64,000 nt of DNA from Lytechinus pictus (Eukaryota). The stretch's first letter is position 1. Each line of letters opens with the position of its first letter. Both the position numbers and the translations under genes were made by a program. Shown here piece after piece: positions 1-12,778 of the stretch. The notes under the pieces are model-generated. The model was not told the DNA's origin and did not search any database. It saw only the letters and a list, made by a program, of their open reading frames with translations. The stretch is taken from NCBI RefSeq assembly GCF_037042905.1, contig NC_087251.1, positions 15,998,001-16,062,000 on the forward strand, written 5' to 3'.

Positions 1-1
1 T

Positions 2-1460
2 AAAAATGTCACCCGTCACAATGGTGTAAGCTTTCAAGCTATTGAAAATGTAACGATACAATCTTATATCAATGTCTTTACTACAACTATACCCGCTAAT
101 GACGTAATATCTGCCTCTCGCATCTCTAATGGTCGCATAGCTGTGTATCTAAAATCAAAAGAAGCTGTTATCAATGCTGTACAAAAAGGCCTTGAGTATG
201 AGGGGGCCTTTCTTGAACTAACCCCCCTTGTACGGCCCACTACTCGAGTCATTTTATCTAATGTATACCCAGAACTACCGAATTCTGTCTTGACTGAAAA
301 TCTAGCACCTTTTTGCAAAGTTGTGTCCGACTGCAAACCAATACCTCTATCGATTTAAAGACAAACGTCTAAACCATATTATGAGTTTTAGAAGGCACGT
401 TCAAGTGTTAGTGAAACCTAACACAACACTTCCAGATAACATTAATTTCGTGTTTTCAGGTATGAACTATCGTGTTTTTATTTCAACTGAGTCAGTCAGA
501 TGTTTTAACTGTGGTGAATTTGGTCATATTTCCCGCAATTGTAAGAAACCTCAAACAAGCACAAATACTAATCAGTCAAAGACAAACGCTGCCCCAGTTT
601 CAAATGACACGAGAGTGCGCCAGCGCGGATCCTCCCCGCCCCTCACTACGGTTTCGGACCCCATGCCACCATCACCTCCCCCCTTGGCGGCAACTACAAT
701 GCCCCCACCTGTACCCACCTCCTCTGATTTCCCTAGTTTACCACCTCGTGATTGTGGGCCCCTTTCTACCTCAGCCACCCCCTCGCGCATCAGGAAGCCT
801 CAATCCTCCCCACTGCACATACCTCTGACATCACCTGCTCAGCCGTCCAGCAATTCAACTACCACGCCCATAGTCGTGTCCTCCAAGTCCCCTCCCCCCA
901 AATCTATTTCTGCGTGCCCTTCGCCTGTGTGGAAAACTCCCCCATCACCTGTCCGAACTTTCTCTGAAGTTGTTTCAAAACGTAAGCAACTAACACCCGA
1001 ATCAAACGAAAACAATACTACTCTTACTACACTGAAGGCCCCCTCTCCTCTTCGGAAAGTGGCCAGGAAAGCTCCCTCCTCCCAAACCGAAACCGTAGAC
1101 TCTCCAACCTTGACGCAAGTCCTTGACTCCCAAACCCCCAATATCCCTCCTACCCCATCCTCCACAGTTGGAGATTCATCTACCGACACTGACCCCATGA
1201 CTTGGGAAGATGCCCAAACGGATGAAGATGTCCCGAAGGAAGATGCACTCCCATTGACTCAAGGCCCCCTCTCCCAAGGCCAAATTGTGAAATTTCTGTC
1301 AAACGTAAAAGGGCGGAAAAAGCCTGCCCAGATTGCACGGAAATATACATCAAATATTCCAGGGCTAGTTAAACAATTAAAGCCCCTGAAAAACAGCCCC
1401 CTAGTAAAACGTAACATGCAGCAGAGGATATACAAATTGATCAGCACTCTGGAGAGCTAA
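2..1460 (+). CDS. Tx1-like ORF1 (nucleic-acid-binding, zinc knuckle); N-terminus truncated, frameshift near 350
   Basis: Frame 2..358 is open (KNVTRHNGVS...SASRISNGRIAVYL...PLVRPTTRVILSNVYP...KPIPL). It continues in the 321..1460 frame (FKDKRLNHIMSFRRHVQV...CFNCGEFGHISRNC = CX2CX4HX4C), followed by a Pro/Ser/Thr-rich region and a basic C-terminus. Confidence 0.85.
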
Positions 1461-1514
1461 TTCCTTTTTACCTTCTCTCCATTCATTACGTACGCTCAAG
1501 TTGCTATAGCCATA

Positions 1515-4500
1515 ATGGCACTGTCAATGCTGACCCTCAACACCGGAGGATGCTCCTCCCAAACTCAAAATGCCTCCTTCCGAGTTTATGTTGAGCAAAT
1601 TGCATGCAACCCGCTCGTTGTATTTTTACAGGAAACTTACCACCTTAAAGATAGCAATCCTTGCTGGAGCAACTGGTCGCATAAACCTTTTTGCTCACCC
1701 GGTATTACTCGAGGGTCAGGAGTGACAACTTTGGTTAATAATTCTCAAGTCGATATTTTATCTACTTGTATTGTTTTTGATGGCTATATATTGTATAACA
1801 AGCTCTCCCATAATAACTGTATTTATCATGTATACAACACACTCATTCCTCAATCTGATGAAATGGCAATTAAAGCTATTAATGCCCTTAATTGTCATAT
1901 ATCCACCTGTTGCGAAGATAATATTGTGATTGTGGGTGATTTTAATTGCACTGAAAATCCTGCGATTGATCGTTTGTGCACGCTCACAGAACGCAGACCT
2001 AAACTTGTTACGGCTTTGCAAAATGTTCTGAATAAATCTTCTCTTTGTGATGCATGGCGTTTTCTAAATCCAAATGAAAAGAAATTCACCTGGCAACGGC
2101 ACAATCCAGCCAGTGCACAGGGCTTTTCAAAGTCTAGATTAGATCGATTTTATGTACCATCGTGTCTAGTTTCTTCTATTCATAAGTGTGAAATTATACC
2201 TAGTTCCTTATCTGACCACTCTGCAGTTTCTCTAACCTTGAAATTTCCAATACGAGCTAAAGGAAAAAGTGCATATTGGATTTTTAATAACACTCTTTTG
2301 GAAGACGAAAGTTACATTGATATTATTCGTCTTTTTTGGTCAGATTGGCAAAAAGAAAAAAATGACTTCCCGAATCTTGCATCTTGGTGGGATTTCGGCA
2401 AGGTTCATATAAAATCAATTACTCAAATGTATAGCAAAAAAATAGTACAAAGGAAAAGGCAAGCTCTAATAGAAATTAACAAAGAGATTGATAAACTTCA
2501 GAGCGCAAAAGAATCTAGCCAACAAGATAAATATACTCTCGACGAGCATAGAAATGCATTAAACTCGTTACTGAAAAATGAAGCACGCGGAGCTCTTGTG
2601 AGGTCTCGCTTTAAATACACAAATGAAACAGACTCATGCTCCAATTTTTTCTTCAACTTAGAAAAAAAGAATTCCTTATCAAAAAGTATATCCCGCATTC
2701 GGCTCGCTTCGGGACGTATTTCGGAGAACCCTTCTGAGATAAAAAATCATGTTCGGGAATTTTATGAATCTCTTTACACTCGAAAGCCAACTGACAAGAG
2801 CGCCATCAATAGTTTACTTGTAAATATCAAGACGCTTGATCCGTCCTTATCAAAGGACCTTGAGAATCCAATATCTGTAGAAGAACTTGATAATGCTGTC
2901 AAGCAGCTAGGCAAAAATAAGTCTCCTGGTATCGATGGACTTACCTCTGAATTTTATCATGTCTTTTGGCCCATGCTCAAAGATGATTTTCTCGAAGTTC
3001 TTACCTCCTCTCTTGAATCTGGATTTTTACCATACTCTTTTAGGAGGGCGGTCATTACTTTACTCCCCAAAAAAGGAGACCTCGCTGATATTTCAAATTG
3101 GCGTCCCGTCTCCCTCCTCAACACAGACTATAAAATTTTTGCTAGGCTGCTTGCCAGTAGGCTAAAATCATGCATTGACCATGTTATTGGAAGAGACCAA
3201 AGTTATTGTATCCCCGGTCGTTCTATTTATGACAACATTAATCTCATTAGAGATATTTTGTTCTATGCAAACACTGATAATATTTCTTTGGCTGTATTGA
3301 ACTTGGACCAGAAAAAGGCATTTGATAATGTAGATCATGTTTATTTATTCAATGTTATGAAACGCATGGGCTTTGGAAGTCATTTTATATCTTATATACA
3401 AATTCTGTATGAAGGGGCTGAAAGCCTTATTAAAGTGTGTGGATCCCTGACAGCTCCCTTCCCCTTTGAGAAAGGAATACGACAGGGATGCCCTCTATCA
3501 GGGTTGCTATATACTCTCGCCATTGAGCCTCTCCTGAACTCACTAAGAGAGAACGTGTCAAATCATGCATTAAATATCCCTGCTATTAACAAACGTTGTG
3601 TAGTATCTGCATATGCAGACGATGTATCGATATTTGTTACAGCCGATGCTGGCTTTGAATTAGTTGAACAAACTTACAATATGTTTAGTCTGGCCTCTGC
3701 TGCATGTTTAAATACAAAAAAATCACAAGGCCTTTGGGTCGGCCGTTGGAAAGGGCGGAATGATAAACCCCTCAACTTTTCTTGGAATAGTGAAGGTCTC
3801 CCTTTTTTAGGAGTTCATTTAGGGAACACCTTTAATTATTCTAAACAAAACTGGATTAAATGTAAAGAAAGACTTAATAAGACTTTCATTTCGTGGTCTC
3901 GTTTATCGAACTCACTCTCATTTAAAGGCAAGGTATTGATTGCAAACCAGCTCGCTGCATCAAAAATATTTCATGTTCTTGCAGTTCTTTCTCCTCCTGA
4001 AAATGTATTAAACGAACTTCAGAATTTAATTGTGAATTTTATCTGGTCAAATAAGCGGCACTGGTTAAAGAAAGAAGTGTTGTATGAAAAACCTGACGAA
4101 GGAGGGCTGGGGCTAGCTTGTCTCCAAGCTCGTGTTCTAACTTACAGATTTTCGATTATTCAACGGTTTCTTTCGTTAAATTCTCATCCAGTAAATGACT
4201 TTATGGCTCATTTTCTGAGACAGTATTGTAAATTAGGATTTGATTACCATTTGTTCTTTACAAGAATTGATCCTAAGTTTTACACAAGTCTTCCAGTTTA
4301 CTATAGTGAAGTTCTGCGAGCTTGGTTGACATCTGGAGCTCGAATTGTGACACAATCCCTCTCTTTCAGCCATGCAATTAACATGCCCTTAAGTAGTTTT
4401 CATATTATTGATGCAATTGATGTTGATAATTTTTTTCCGACGCGCCTGATGGCATGCGGAGTGAAACTAGTTCGCCATTTGATAAACCACTCAACCGGTC

Positions 4501-5372
4501 TTTGGATTGAGAGTAGCTGTCTCCAAAAGAACTTTCCAAGAGGACTTCGACAACCATCATCGCGTCTCATCGAACGTGAAACATTACTCATTCGAACTGC
4601 ACTCTCTAAAGTTTTTCCTACATATTTTAATGACTCAGGCTGTCAACACGAATACTCTGATTTATTGTCTGTTCCAGTAACTCCGATCAACTTCACTCTG
4701 GCTTCTTCCGAAAATGGACTTACTGCTTCTTCTAAAGCCATCTACACAATCTACAGGAAAGAACTAGATAACACGACAATCTCATCAAGCTCACATTGGC
4801 ATGATACTGGATTTCTCGATCCATCTACAAAAGTGAACTGGCTATCTATCTATCAACTACCAACACCTAAAAAAGAGGCTGATATTCAATACAAACTCCT
4901 TCACAATATTTTACCGTCGCTCACTGTACTCCATCATCTTAATACAGACATTCCTTCTTTTTGCGGATGGTGCGGAGAAGCAGGAACCATTCAACATCTG
5001 TTCATCGAATGTAAAGGAATTCAACCCCCTCTCAATCTTCTTCATAGACTGTTGAACAATCTCCTCCCCTCTCTCAAACTTAATTTTGACCTGTACTGGG
5101 CACTCATTCCGCATGCCAGAGGGCGTGACAGAAAGATTATCCGCCTTGCTAATTTCCTTATTATTAGTTTAAAAAGTACAATTTATTTTATGTACCGTAC
5201 CTCAAATTTCACCGATCCACTTATAATTTGGTTACATCGTCTCAAAAACAGAATACTCTATGAATTTACTTATTACAAATTATGTTCTAATATTGATGCT
5301 TTTTCACGTAAATGGTGTATGAATAGATTACTTTTTACAATTAACGAGGGCAGCATTGCATGGCTCATTTAA
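1515..5372 (+). CDS. Retrotransposon ORF2: AP-like endonuclease, reverse transcriptase, C-terminal zinc finger (1285 aa, intact)
   Basis: EN motifs FLQET, GDFNC, SRLDRFY, SDHSAV; RT motifs SPGIDG, WRPVSLLNTDYKI, LDQKKAFDNVDH, GIRQGCPLSG, YADD; C-terminal CGWCGEAGTIQHLFIEC. Confidence 0.97.
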   Translation: MALSMLTLNTGGCSSQTQNASFRVYVEQIACNPLVVFLQETYHLKDSNPCWSNWSHKPFCSPGITRGSGVTTLVNNSQVDILSTCIVFDGYILYNKLSHNNCIYHVYNTLIPQSDEMAIKAINALNCHISTCCEDNIVIVGDFNCTENPAIDRLCTLTERRPKLVTALQNVLNKSSLCDAWRFLNPNEKKFTWQRHNPASAQGFSKSRLDRFYVPSCLVSSIHKCEIIPSSLSDHSAVSLTLKFPIRAKGKSAYWIFNNTLLEDESYIDIIRLFWSDWQKEKNDFPNLASWWDFGKVHIKSITQMYSKKIVQRKRQALIEINKEIDKLQSAKESSQQDKYTLDEHRNALNSLLKNEARGALVRSRFKYTNETDSCSNFFFNLEKKNSLSKSISRIRLASGRISENPSEIKNHVREFYESLYTRKPTDKSAINSLLVNIKTLDPSLSKDLENPISVEELDNAVKQLGKNKSPGIDGLTSEFYHVFWPMLKDDFLEVLTSSLESGFLPYSFRRAVITLLPKKGDLADISNWRPVSLLNTDYKIFARLLASRLKSCIDHVIGRDQSYCIPGRSIYDNINLIRDILFYANTDNISLAVLNLDQKKAFDNVDHVYLFNVMKRMGFGSHFISYIQILYEGAESLIKVCGSLTAPFPFEKGIRQGCPLSGLLYTLAIEPLLNSLRENVSNHALNIPAINKRCVVSAYADDVSIFVTADAGFELVEQTYNMFSLASAACLNTKKSQGLWVGRWKGRNDKPLNFSWNSEGLPFLGVHLGNTFNYSKQNWIKCKERLNKTFISWSRLSNSLSFKGKVLIANQLAASKIFHVLAVLSPPENVLNELQNLIVNFIWSNKRHWLKKEVLYEKPDEGGLGLACLQARVLTYRFSIIQRFLSLNSHPVNDFMAHFLRQYCKLGFDYHLFFTRIDPKFYTSLPVYYSEVLRAWLTSGARIVTQSLSFSHAINMPLSSFHIIDAIDVDNFFPTRLMACGVKLVRHLINHSTGLWIESSCLQKNFPRGLRQPSSRLIERETLLIRTALSKVFPTYFNDSGCQHEYSDLLSVPVTPINFTLASSENGLTASSKAIYTIYRKELDNTTISSSSHWHDTGFLDPSTKVNWLSIYQLPTPKKEADIQYKLLHNILPSLTVLHHLNTDIPSFCGWCGEAGTIQHLFIECKGIQPPLNLLHRLLNNLLPSLKLNFDLYWALIPHARGRDRKIIRLANFLIISLKSTIYFMYRTSNFTDPLIIWLHRLKNRILYEFTYYKLCSNIDAFSRKWCMNRLLFTINEGSIAWLI

Positions 5373-5510
5373 ACATTTGATTTTATAACTCTGTGCTTGT
5401 AATCAACCTGATCTCATTTGAATGTTTATGTCAAACTATTCTTTTATTATATACCTGACTTTTGTGATTATAATTTGTAAATAAAGTTTTCATTTGAAAA
5501 GTCAAAAAAG

Positions 5511-6286
<776 letters not shown>

Positions 6287-6394
6287 TAATTCAATGTATC
6301 TCCATCATAACCATATGCGGGAACCATATAGAGATATACACTAATAACGCTTAGTATACATCTCTATGATCAACCTACATACTCATCAAATTGG

Positions 6395-6503
6395 CAATTG
6401 ACGTTGTGTCTTTGACGGGCGCCGGATATGTACTTCCGTCTTCATTCACACGACACACGTCCACAAAAGAATGATGTCTGCTGGTAAATAGAATATACCA
6501 AAG
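6395..6503 (+). promoter_or_regulatory. Putative TATA-less promoter / 5' UTR of the B3GAT3-like gene
   Basis: CpG-containing stretch just before the ATG with ETS-like CCGGAT/ACTTCCG (6422-6438) and two TGACG half-sites; TSS not determined. Confidence 0.4.
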
Positions 6504-6591
6504 ATGCGGCGGTTATTACGAAATAGAATGATATTCATGGCTTATTTTGTAGTTTCCTCCGGAAGTATACTATGGTTGGCATCAACATGCG
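6504..6591 (+). CDS. B3GAT3: Galactosylgalactosylxylosylprotein 3-beta-glucuronosyltransferase, coding exon 1 (cytoplasmic tail + TM anchor)
   Basis: MRRLLRNR then hydrophobic MIFMAYFVVSSGSILWLASTC (type II anchor); donor G|GTATGT at 6592 is phase 1, matching the acceptor before 10089. Confidence 0.75.
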
Positions 6592-7595
6592 GTATGTATC
6601 ATTGGCAATATAGATCTAAGACATGTCGTTTGAACTTTGTGAAGCCGACGGTTGTCCCATATAATGAAATCGATGTAAGTAATAGCCTAGTAACATTACT
6701 ACACATGCACATGCGATAGGTGTCTGACGCCACACTGAAAAGTGTCAGCATAAAACAGGCTGATTTAGGGGGAAATATGGCACATTTTTTCGGGAAATCC
6801 AGGCTGCTAGAAAAATGTGATCTGAATTGATTATTAACTTGTGTTTGGCAAGTATGGAAAGAGAAAATTCAGGGGCTTCTTTTGACAGTAAGGACAAGTT
6901 TATAAAAATTATAGAATTATTTGAAATAAGGATTTGGAGATAAATTGCAAACCCTTATTTGTGTGTGTGTTGAGATTGCCATTTCCCCATGCGTTTTCTA
7001 TGGGAAAATTAAATTTCTTTTTTGTACAATTTTTTTTCACTTTGTCGCAATTTTTCATTGTGATCTGGTTTCCAAATCTTTATAAAAATCATACCATCAG
7101 AAAGAGCATAAAAAATCCTATTGGACTCTTTATAGACAAGTTTTTGGCATTAATAATAAATCTATAACAGCTCTCGGAAGCTAAAAATTTGGATTTGTGT
7201 GTGTCCATTTCTTAACTACACAGTCTATGGCAGAGAAATGCTGAAAATTGACCTTATTTCATTCTTCTTTTTTAAAGCCAATAATTGGAATTTTTAAAAA
7301 AATGTTACACTTCTTGTCAGTCGGAAGGTCATTTCTCTTCAAATTCACAAAGAAAATGTGATATTTTCTTGAAATAAGAAAAATATTTTTTTTATCCAGA
7401 CACCCCGCCGATAGTATAAATTAGGCTCAGATCTATATCTACTGTAGTATACTCCGGCTATCTTACAGCTCTCTTATCCATTGCAATATACAACAATTTT
7501 AATTTTATTAAACCGGTTTTACCAAATTAAATTGTAATGTTGCTGTTCCTTGACCTTAAAAAGTTAAGCCTTGTTTGGGCTAGGCCTTGGCTTAA

Positions 7596-8179
7596 AGGAG
7601 AATGAAACTCTTGGAGCAAGTTGGCTTTTGTGAAAGCAGAAAAATCAAAGAATAAGATCAACAAAAGTTTGAGTAAAATAGTACTAGCAATAGAAGAGTT
7701 ATGAGCATTTGAATGTCGAGATCACTAATGCTATGGAGATCCTCCCATTGGCAATGCGACCAAGATCTATGATGTCACAGATGAACAACTCTCCCCTTTT
7801 GGACACTGAAAATATACCCCAAAACATCTCTTTTTGCTCATTCTAATCATATGACAAACGATTCATCAATGATATAATGTTGTGAAACCTCTGTACTTGT
7901 CCTCTCATAAAGAGAACACCTCAACTTGTGATAGACTCTATAAAAGTGAGAATATAAGTGAAATAAGTACTTAAGTAATGAGGGAGTTGTACGTGTGTGA
8001 CATCACAGATCTTGGTCGCATTGCCAATGGGAGGATCTACATGGCATTAGTGATCTCAATATTCAAGTGCTCATGACTTTCTTATTATTCATTCAATCTT
8101 CCTCAAACTTTCAACAATATGTTTCTTAGATTTTTCTCTTTGATATGGATTCAGCTGGTTTCAAGGGTTTCATTCTCCT
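7596..8179. mobile_element. Non-autonomous DNA transposon, Kolobok-like (TTAA TSD, AG...CT ends), in intron 1
   Basis: TTAA|AGGAGAATGAAAC ... GTTTCATTCTCCT|TTAA; imperfect inverted arms ~200 bp including GATCCTCCCATTGGCAATGCGACCAAGATCT and its reverse complement. Confidence 0.85.
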
Positions 8180-8855
8180 TTAATCATCATCATCATGCAC
8201 TTCTTATTGCGATGTTGCATGGCCAAATGCCTCATCGAAAAATCTTGATCTTTCACCCAGTTATCTGAAATATATCTTCTCCAGGGCCAGGCCAAGTCAT
8301 GCAATTGAAACAAGATTTCGCATGAATAGCTCTTTTTAAAGTTGAATAATTGTGTGGCCAGTACGTTGGACATTTGAATTCATGGGATATGCCAAATGGA
8401 ACAACCTCAATGTAAATCAAAGAAACAGTTTGTCATTAAATGCTTTTAAATCAGGGTTTAATAATAAAAATTAAAGGAAAATATTATTTTTCAGTATATC
8501 GTATGAAACAAACTATATGAACTATAAGGAAAACAGTCATTTTATGTCTGGTTTAACAAAAATGTGTGATAGTTTGATATTATTAATTTACTTTTCATTA
8601 TTTGATTAGGACGATCTTTATATAATTTTTTTTAATTTTTTCTTTCAAAATCATTTATGGGGTTTGTTTTGAGGTTTTCGTTTATCTTGAAACCAATTCA
8701 TTGTTTAATGGATATTTTTTGTTTGTTAGTTTTTTTTTCAGTTCTTTTGGGTTCCATATTTATAGATATGTATATGTAATTGTGCTATTGATTATGTAAA
8801 TATTACTGATTCAATTATATTAATTACATGTATAGTAAATTGTATGTTATGCGGA

Positions 8856-8912
8856 CAGGGCCATTGTGGAAAGCCGTTCTGAACCGACAATGCTACCCTG
8901 TATAAATAAAAC
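8856..8912 (+). mobile_element. LINE/SINE 3' tail remnant (CR1/L2-type)
   Basis: CAGGGCC...GCTACCCTGTATAAATAAA; related tails in reverse orientation at 14482-14548 and 19951-20015. Confidence 0.5.
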
Positions 8913-10088
8913 TACAAATCTTGGGCATTTCAGGGGTGAATTTGCCCCACACCAATTTAGATATCTTAACTTATATCTCGGGTAAAAATTTTGATTAAGT
9001 ATCTGTGGATTTTGTACAATGGTGCTTGAAAGTCTGACTACTCTGGCAGCTCTTTTTTTCAACCTTACTGAGATCCCTATGCCCCCCGAGAGTGACCCCG
9101 AAGGCACCATGACTTTTTTTAATGAGGCAAATAAAGGGCCTTACAAAATATGTCTAGATTATAAATTACAAATATTGAACACATCATCTCTGATAAAGCT
9201 AATGTATGTAATTTAGTTGATTCTGAGTCTGATAAACAACAAAAAAGTAATAAAAGTCATCTATATTCATCGTAATCATGATTCATGATTACATTGGATT
9301 CATGATAGTTTAAATAAATTATAAAAAAAGTGATTTTTTTTTTTGTTACAGTACTTAACCTAATGCATCATAGACTTGACACAGTCAGAGTTTCAAACTT
9401 TCAGGTCAACTGAAAGCTTTGGTCTCTGTTTCATCAGTTCTCTGTTGATCTGAAATGTCTTGCTTCACTACACCTCCTTACGTTGATTGAAGATGTTATT
9501 GCACTCTGAGAGGGGACCAATGCTCCAAATTAATCATTGATCATTGATAATATTTTCCATCAAAATGTACTGTAGGTTTTTTAATGATGAAAGTTTTGAA
9601 AATAATCAGAATGTAGCAGTCATCACCACCTTGGAGCAATTTCATTAAGAATCAATCTAATGTAATAAAATAACTACCCTGATTTTTAGGGGAATATTAG
9701 GCCTACTTCGAACTTATGGGCTCACACAGTGTGTGAGATGGCTAGCCATCTTTATAGGAGGAGAAACAAAAATTGAAAAATAAAATGTTTAAAATCTAAA
9801 AAAAAACCAGACAGATTTCAGCTGTTTAGGTTTCAGGGAGTTGGTAGTGCTGCTACCATTAGTCTGAAGTCTGGCATATTTTCCTCTTTCATATGAGAGA
9901 TAATTCATTGGATTTTATGAAAGGTTAGAAATTTTTCTATCTTGCTTAGGACATCTTCTCCATTTACAGTGTTTTAATGTATAGTGTACAAATAATTTCT
10001 GTATACACTGGTTATGAAATTGCTATTGTTTTCATTTCCATAGATCACTGAACATGTTTTTTCTTTCTTCGCTGATTTATTATTATAG

Positions 10089-10648
10089 GACCTGGATGCA
10101 TGTCGGATGAAATTGGAGAAGATTCTATGTTAGATTATTACAAACATGAGCTAGAAAGAACTAGAGCTAATATGAGGCAAACTGAAACTAAATTAAAAAC
10201 AATCACTCAAACCTTGAACAAGCAATATGCAAAAGCTGCCAGTACTGTGAATGAGATTCTAGGAATTGAGAGCCCTCGGGTACCGAGCATCTTTGCTGTC
10301 ACACCAACGTACACCAGACCAGTGCAGAAGGCAGAACTAGTGCGGTTGAGCCAGACCTTCCTCAATATTATAAATTTTCATTGGATAGTTGTGGAGGATT
10401 CTGAGAGAAAGACCAACCTTGTGTCTAAATTCTTGGAAAACTCTGGCCTAGTGTACACCCACCTGAATGTAAAAACAACAGATGAGTACAAGTTAAAGGA
10501 GAATGAAGCTTCTTGGAGGAAACCTAGGGGAGTTGATCAAAGGAACCTTGCAATTGACTGGATTCTAGAAAATGTTCCTCAAGATGAAGAAGGGATAGTC
10601 TACTTCGCAGATGATGACAACACGTACAGCTTGCAGATTTTTGAAGAG
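10089..10648 (+). CDS. B3GAT3: B3GAT3-like coding exon 2 (stem + GT43 N-terminal catalytic domain)
   Basis: Acceptor ...tattatag|GA; motifs IFAVTPTYTRPVQKAELVRLSQT, HWIVVEDS, PRGVDQRN, GIVYFADDDNTYSLQIFEE (DxD); donor GAG|GTAGGT, phase 0. Confidence 0.95.
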
Positions 10649-10673
10649 GTAGGTCAGAGAAATGTTAGATCTG

Positions 10674-10810
10674 GGGCTTGTTTCATAGAAACGCATGATG
10701 GTCACGTTGCAATTAAGATAACTACATTGTACCATGGTAACAGGGCTCAAAATGAAATTCAAGGTTTCCATTCAATGGCAAAGTTGAAATTGTCTTTATG
10801 AAATGGGCCC
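10674..10810. mobile_element. Harbinger-like MITE with CTG TSD, in intron 2
   Basis: CTG|GGGCTTGTTTCATAGA ... CTTTATGAAATGGGCCC|CTG. Confidence 0.6.
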
Positions 10811-11198
10811 CTGATAAAACAGGTAGTACATTCCTATATTATGTTTTATCAAGTGGTGATTACTGTTATAAGAATAATCCTTGAATCCGTTTTGATGAAT
10901 AATTGATAAATGGACAGAATATAAACACTAGATTTGTAGAAATCTCATGACATCATTTTTTTTAGGTGAAGGAGTATAAGCTCACTGTTTGAATGAAAAG
11001 GCAGTTAGTTATAGAAAATAATCTTTGGTAAGATAAGCTATTGAAATGATAAACAGCAAGATATAGTGCTCTATTTTTCAATGAAGATGATGCAGGTATA
11101 GCTAAAAGATGAAATTCTTTTTTTTTTCTTAATAAGTATGTCTCCATTGCAAGAAACCTCTATTTTACCATGATACATATTTTTCATGTTCACTGCAG

Positions 11199-11495
11199 AT
11201 GAGAACAACTCAGAGAGTCAGTGTGTGGCCTGTGGGACTTGTTGGTGCGCTTCGCTTTGAGCGACCTATTTTAAACGACGCAGGAAAGGTAACCTCTTGG
11301 TACACCATGTGGGCCCCTGACAGACCATTCGGAATGGACATGGCTGGATTTGCAGTGAGTCTCAAGCTCTTCAGGCAGCAACCACATGCTAGGTTCGACA
11401 TCACCTCAATGAGGGGCTATGTGGAGTCTTCTCTTCTTGTACAGCTGGGAGTCAGAAAGGAAGACTTGGAACCTCTAGCAGAAATGTGTACAAAG
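11199..11495 (+). CDS. B3GAT3: B3GAT3-like coding exon 3
   Basis: Acceptor cactgcag|ATG; MRTTQRVSVWPVGLVG...RPFGMDMAGFAV...GYVESSLL...LEPLAEMCTK; donor AAG|GTAATC, phase 0. Confidence 0.96.
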
Positions 11496-12596
11496 GTAAT
11501 CAAATAAAGATAAATAAATACAAATCAGCAATGTCAACACATTTGTTAATATTGCCAATTTATATTTCTTTATCTTCATTTCAAATTGTAATTGTTACAT
11601 TAAAAATGGAATGATAGAAATTTTGGGGTCATCTCATTTGACATTGTAAGAAAAAAAGAGGGTTTTAAATTGTGCAGACAAGAAACCTGTTATGGGCTAT
11701 TCCACGGTTACTCACATTACATTTGGAGACACCTTGACTCATACTTGGAGCTGTAAATCCATTATTATTGATAGGAACTAAACATCTCTTTATCACAACA
11801 TAGTACGCAGTCTGACTATCCTTTGTATAAAAACAAAACTTGGGAAATTTCATTATGCTCCTGGCTACTCATGTTACATGATTTGGACATGCATAAAATG
11901 AAAAATGGACATAAGTGAAAAGTGTCCTCATGCAAGGCTTTTATGAAAGTTGATCATATCCATTTCAAAGAAGTATATTAGGGAGACAAATTTGAATATA
12001 ATTAAAAAAATAAAGAACACATGGTTTTTACAAGGGGTGCAGATAAAGTGGTTACTCATGTTACGGTTCAGATGGGCTATATGTACAAAGACACATTGAG
12101 CTCATGTCCACCAACCTATGGAATTGCCCTTATGATAATATTGATGAAAGTAAGGTCATTAATTCAAGTTATTATTTGTATTTTAATCCAAATCAGCAGC
12201 TCAAAGGAAAAGGGTCATAACAATTGTTTGACAGTTATTCTTAGCTGAGGGAATATATTGCCTGTTGCCATATCATGGTCAAAAGTCAAAAGAATACAAT
12301 AAAATTCTCTGATCAAATATACTGGTGCTATTGAATAAGCTTTGACTTCAACGCAGCTCTAGTGAACATCGTTTATATGTCTCAAATGACTGACAGGCCA
12401 TTATGTCTCCCAAAACAATTCATGCAGTCCATCCAGTCAAAAGAATGCAATCAAATTCTTTGATAAAATTGAATTAGCTTTGACTTCAATACAATATTAT
12501 GCACAAGACTACCGGTAATCATAGATACAGTTAGCATTAGAGACACTGTGGATACATTTAATTCATACTTTCCATGATACAATCAGTAGCCTAGAT

Positions 12597-12778
12597 TACC
12601 TGGTGGGTGTTTCATAAAGCTGTTCGTATGTTAAGAGCAACTTTAAGAACAACTGGTGATCCTTTCTTGTGGTAAATGATATTCATTGGTGCTTAATTAT
12701 TGCGTAAGAAAGGTTCACCAGTCGTTTCTTAAAGTCGCTCTTAACTTACGAACAGCTTTATGAAACAGCCCCCAGGTA
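12597..12778. mobile_element. Palindromic MITE, in intron 3 (termini related to 10674-10810)
   Basis: TACCTGG..TGTTTCATAAAGCTGTTCGTA.GTTAAGAGC..CACCA arm mirrored by ..GCTCTTAACTTACGAACAGCTTTATGAAACA..CCAGGTA; ~70-bp arms. Confidence 0.85.

Larger units (their letters stand above)
1..5510 (+). mobile_element. Tx1-clade (L1 group) non-LTR retrotransposon, 5' end outside window
   Basis: ORF1 with Tx1-type motifs and zinc knuckle, 54-bp spacer, ORF2 with APE endonuclease + RT + C-terminal CCHC, short 3' UTR with AATAAA (5480-5485), then direct junction to (TTTC)n. Confidence 0.93.

Noticed and set aside
472..5114. Short alternative-frame and antisense ORFs within the retrotransposon
   Set aside because: Shadows of ORF1/ORF2 with no recognisable domains
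6592..6719. Extension of exon 1 to the GTAAGT donor at 6675 or the stop at 6719
   Set aside because: The 6675 donor is phase 0 and would be out of frame with exon 2; the phase 1 donor at 6592 fits
6720..7410. Probable DNA-transposon remnant at the start of intron 1
   Set aside because: Only a weak GGTGTCTG/CAGACACC terminal match and no TSD, so boundaries cannot be supported
10649..10801. C-terminal part of the 233-aa ORF
   Set aside because: Read-through into intron 2 and a MITE; GT43 homology stops at IFEE and resumes at 11199
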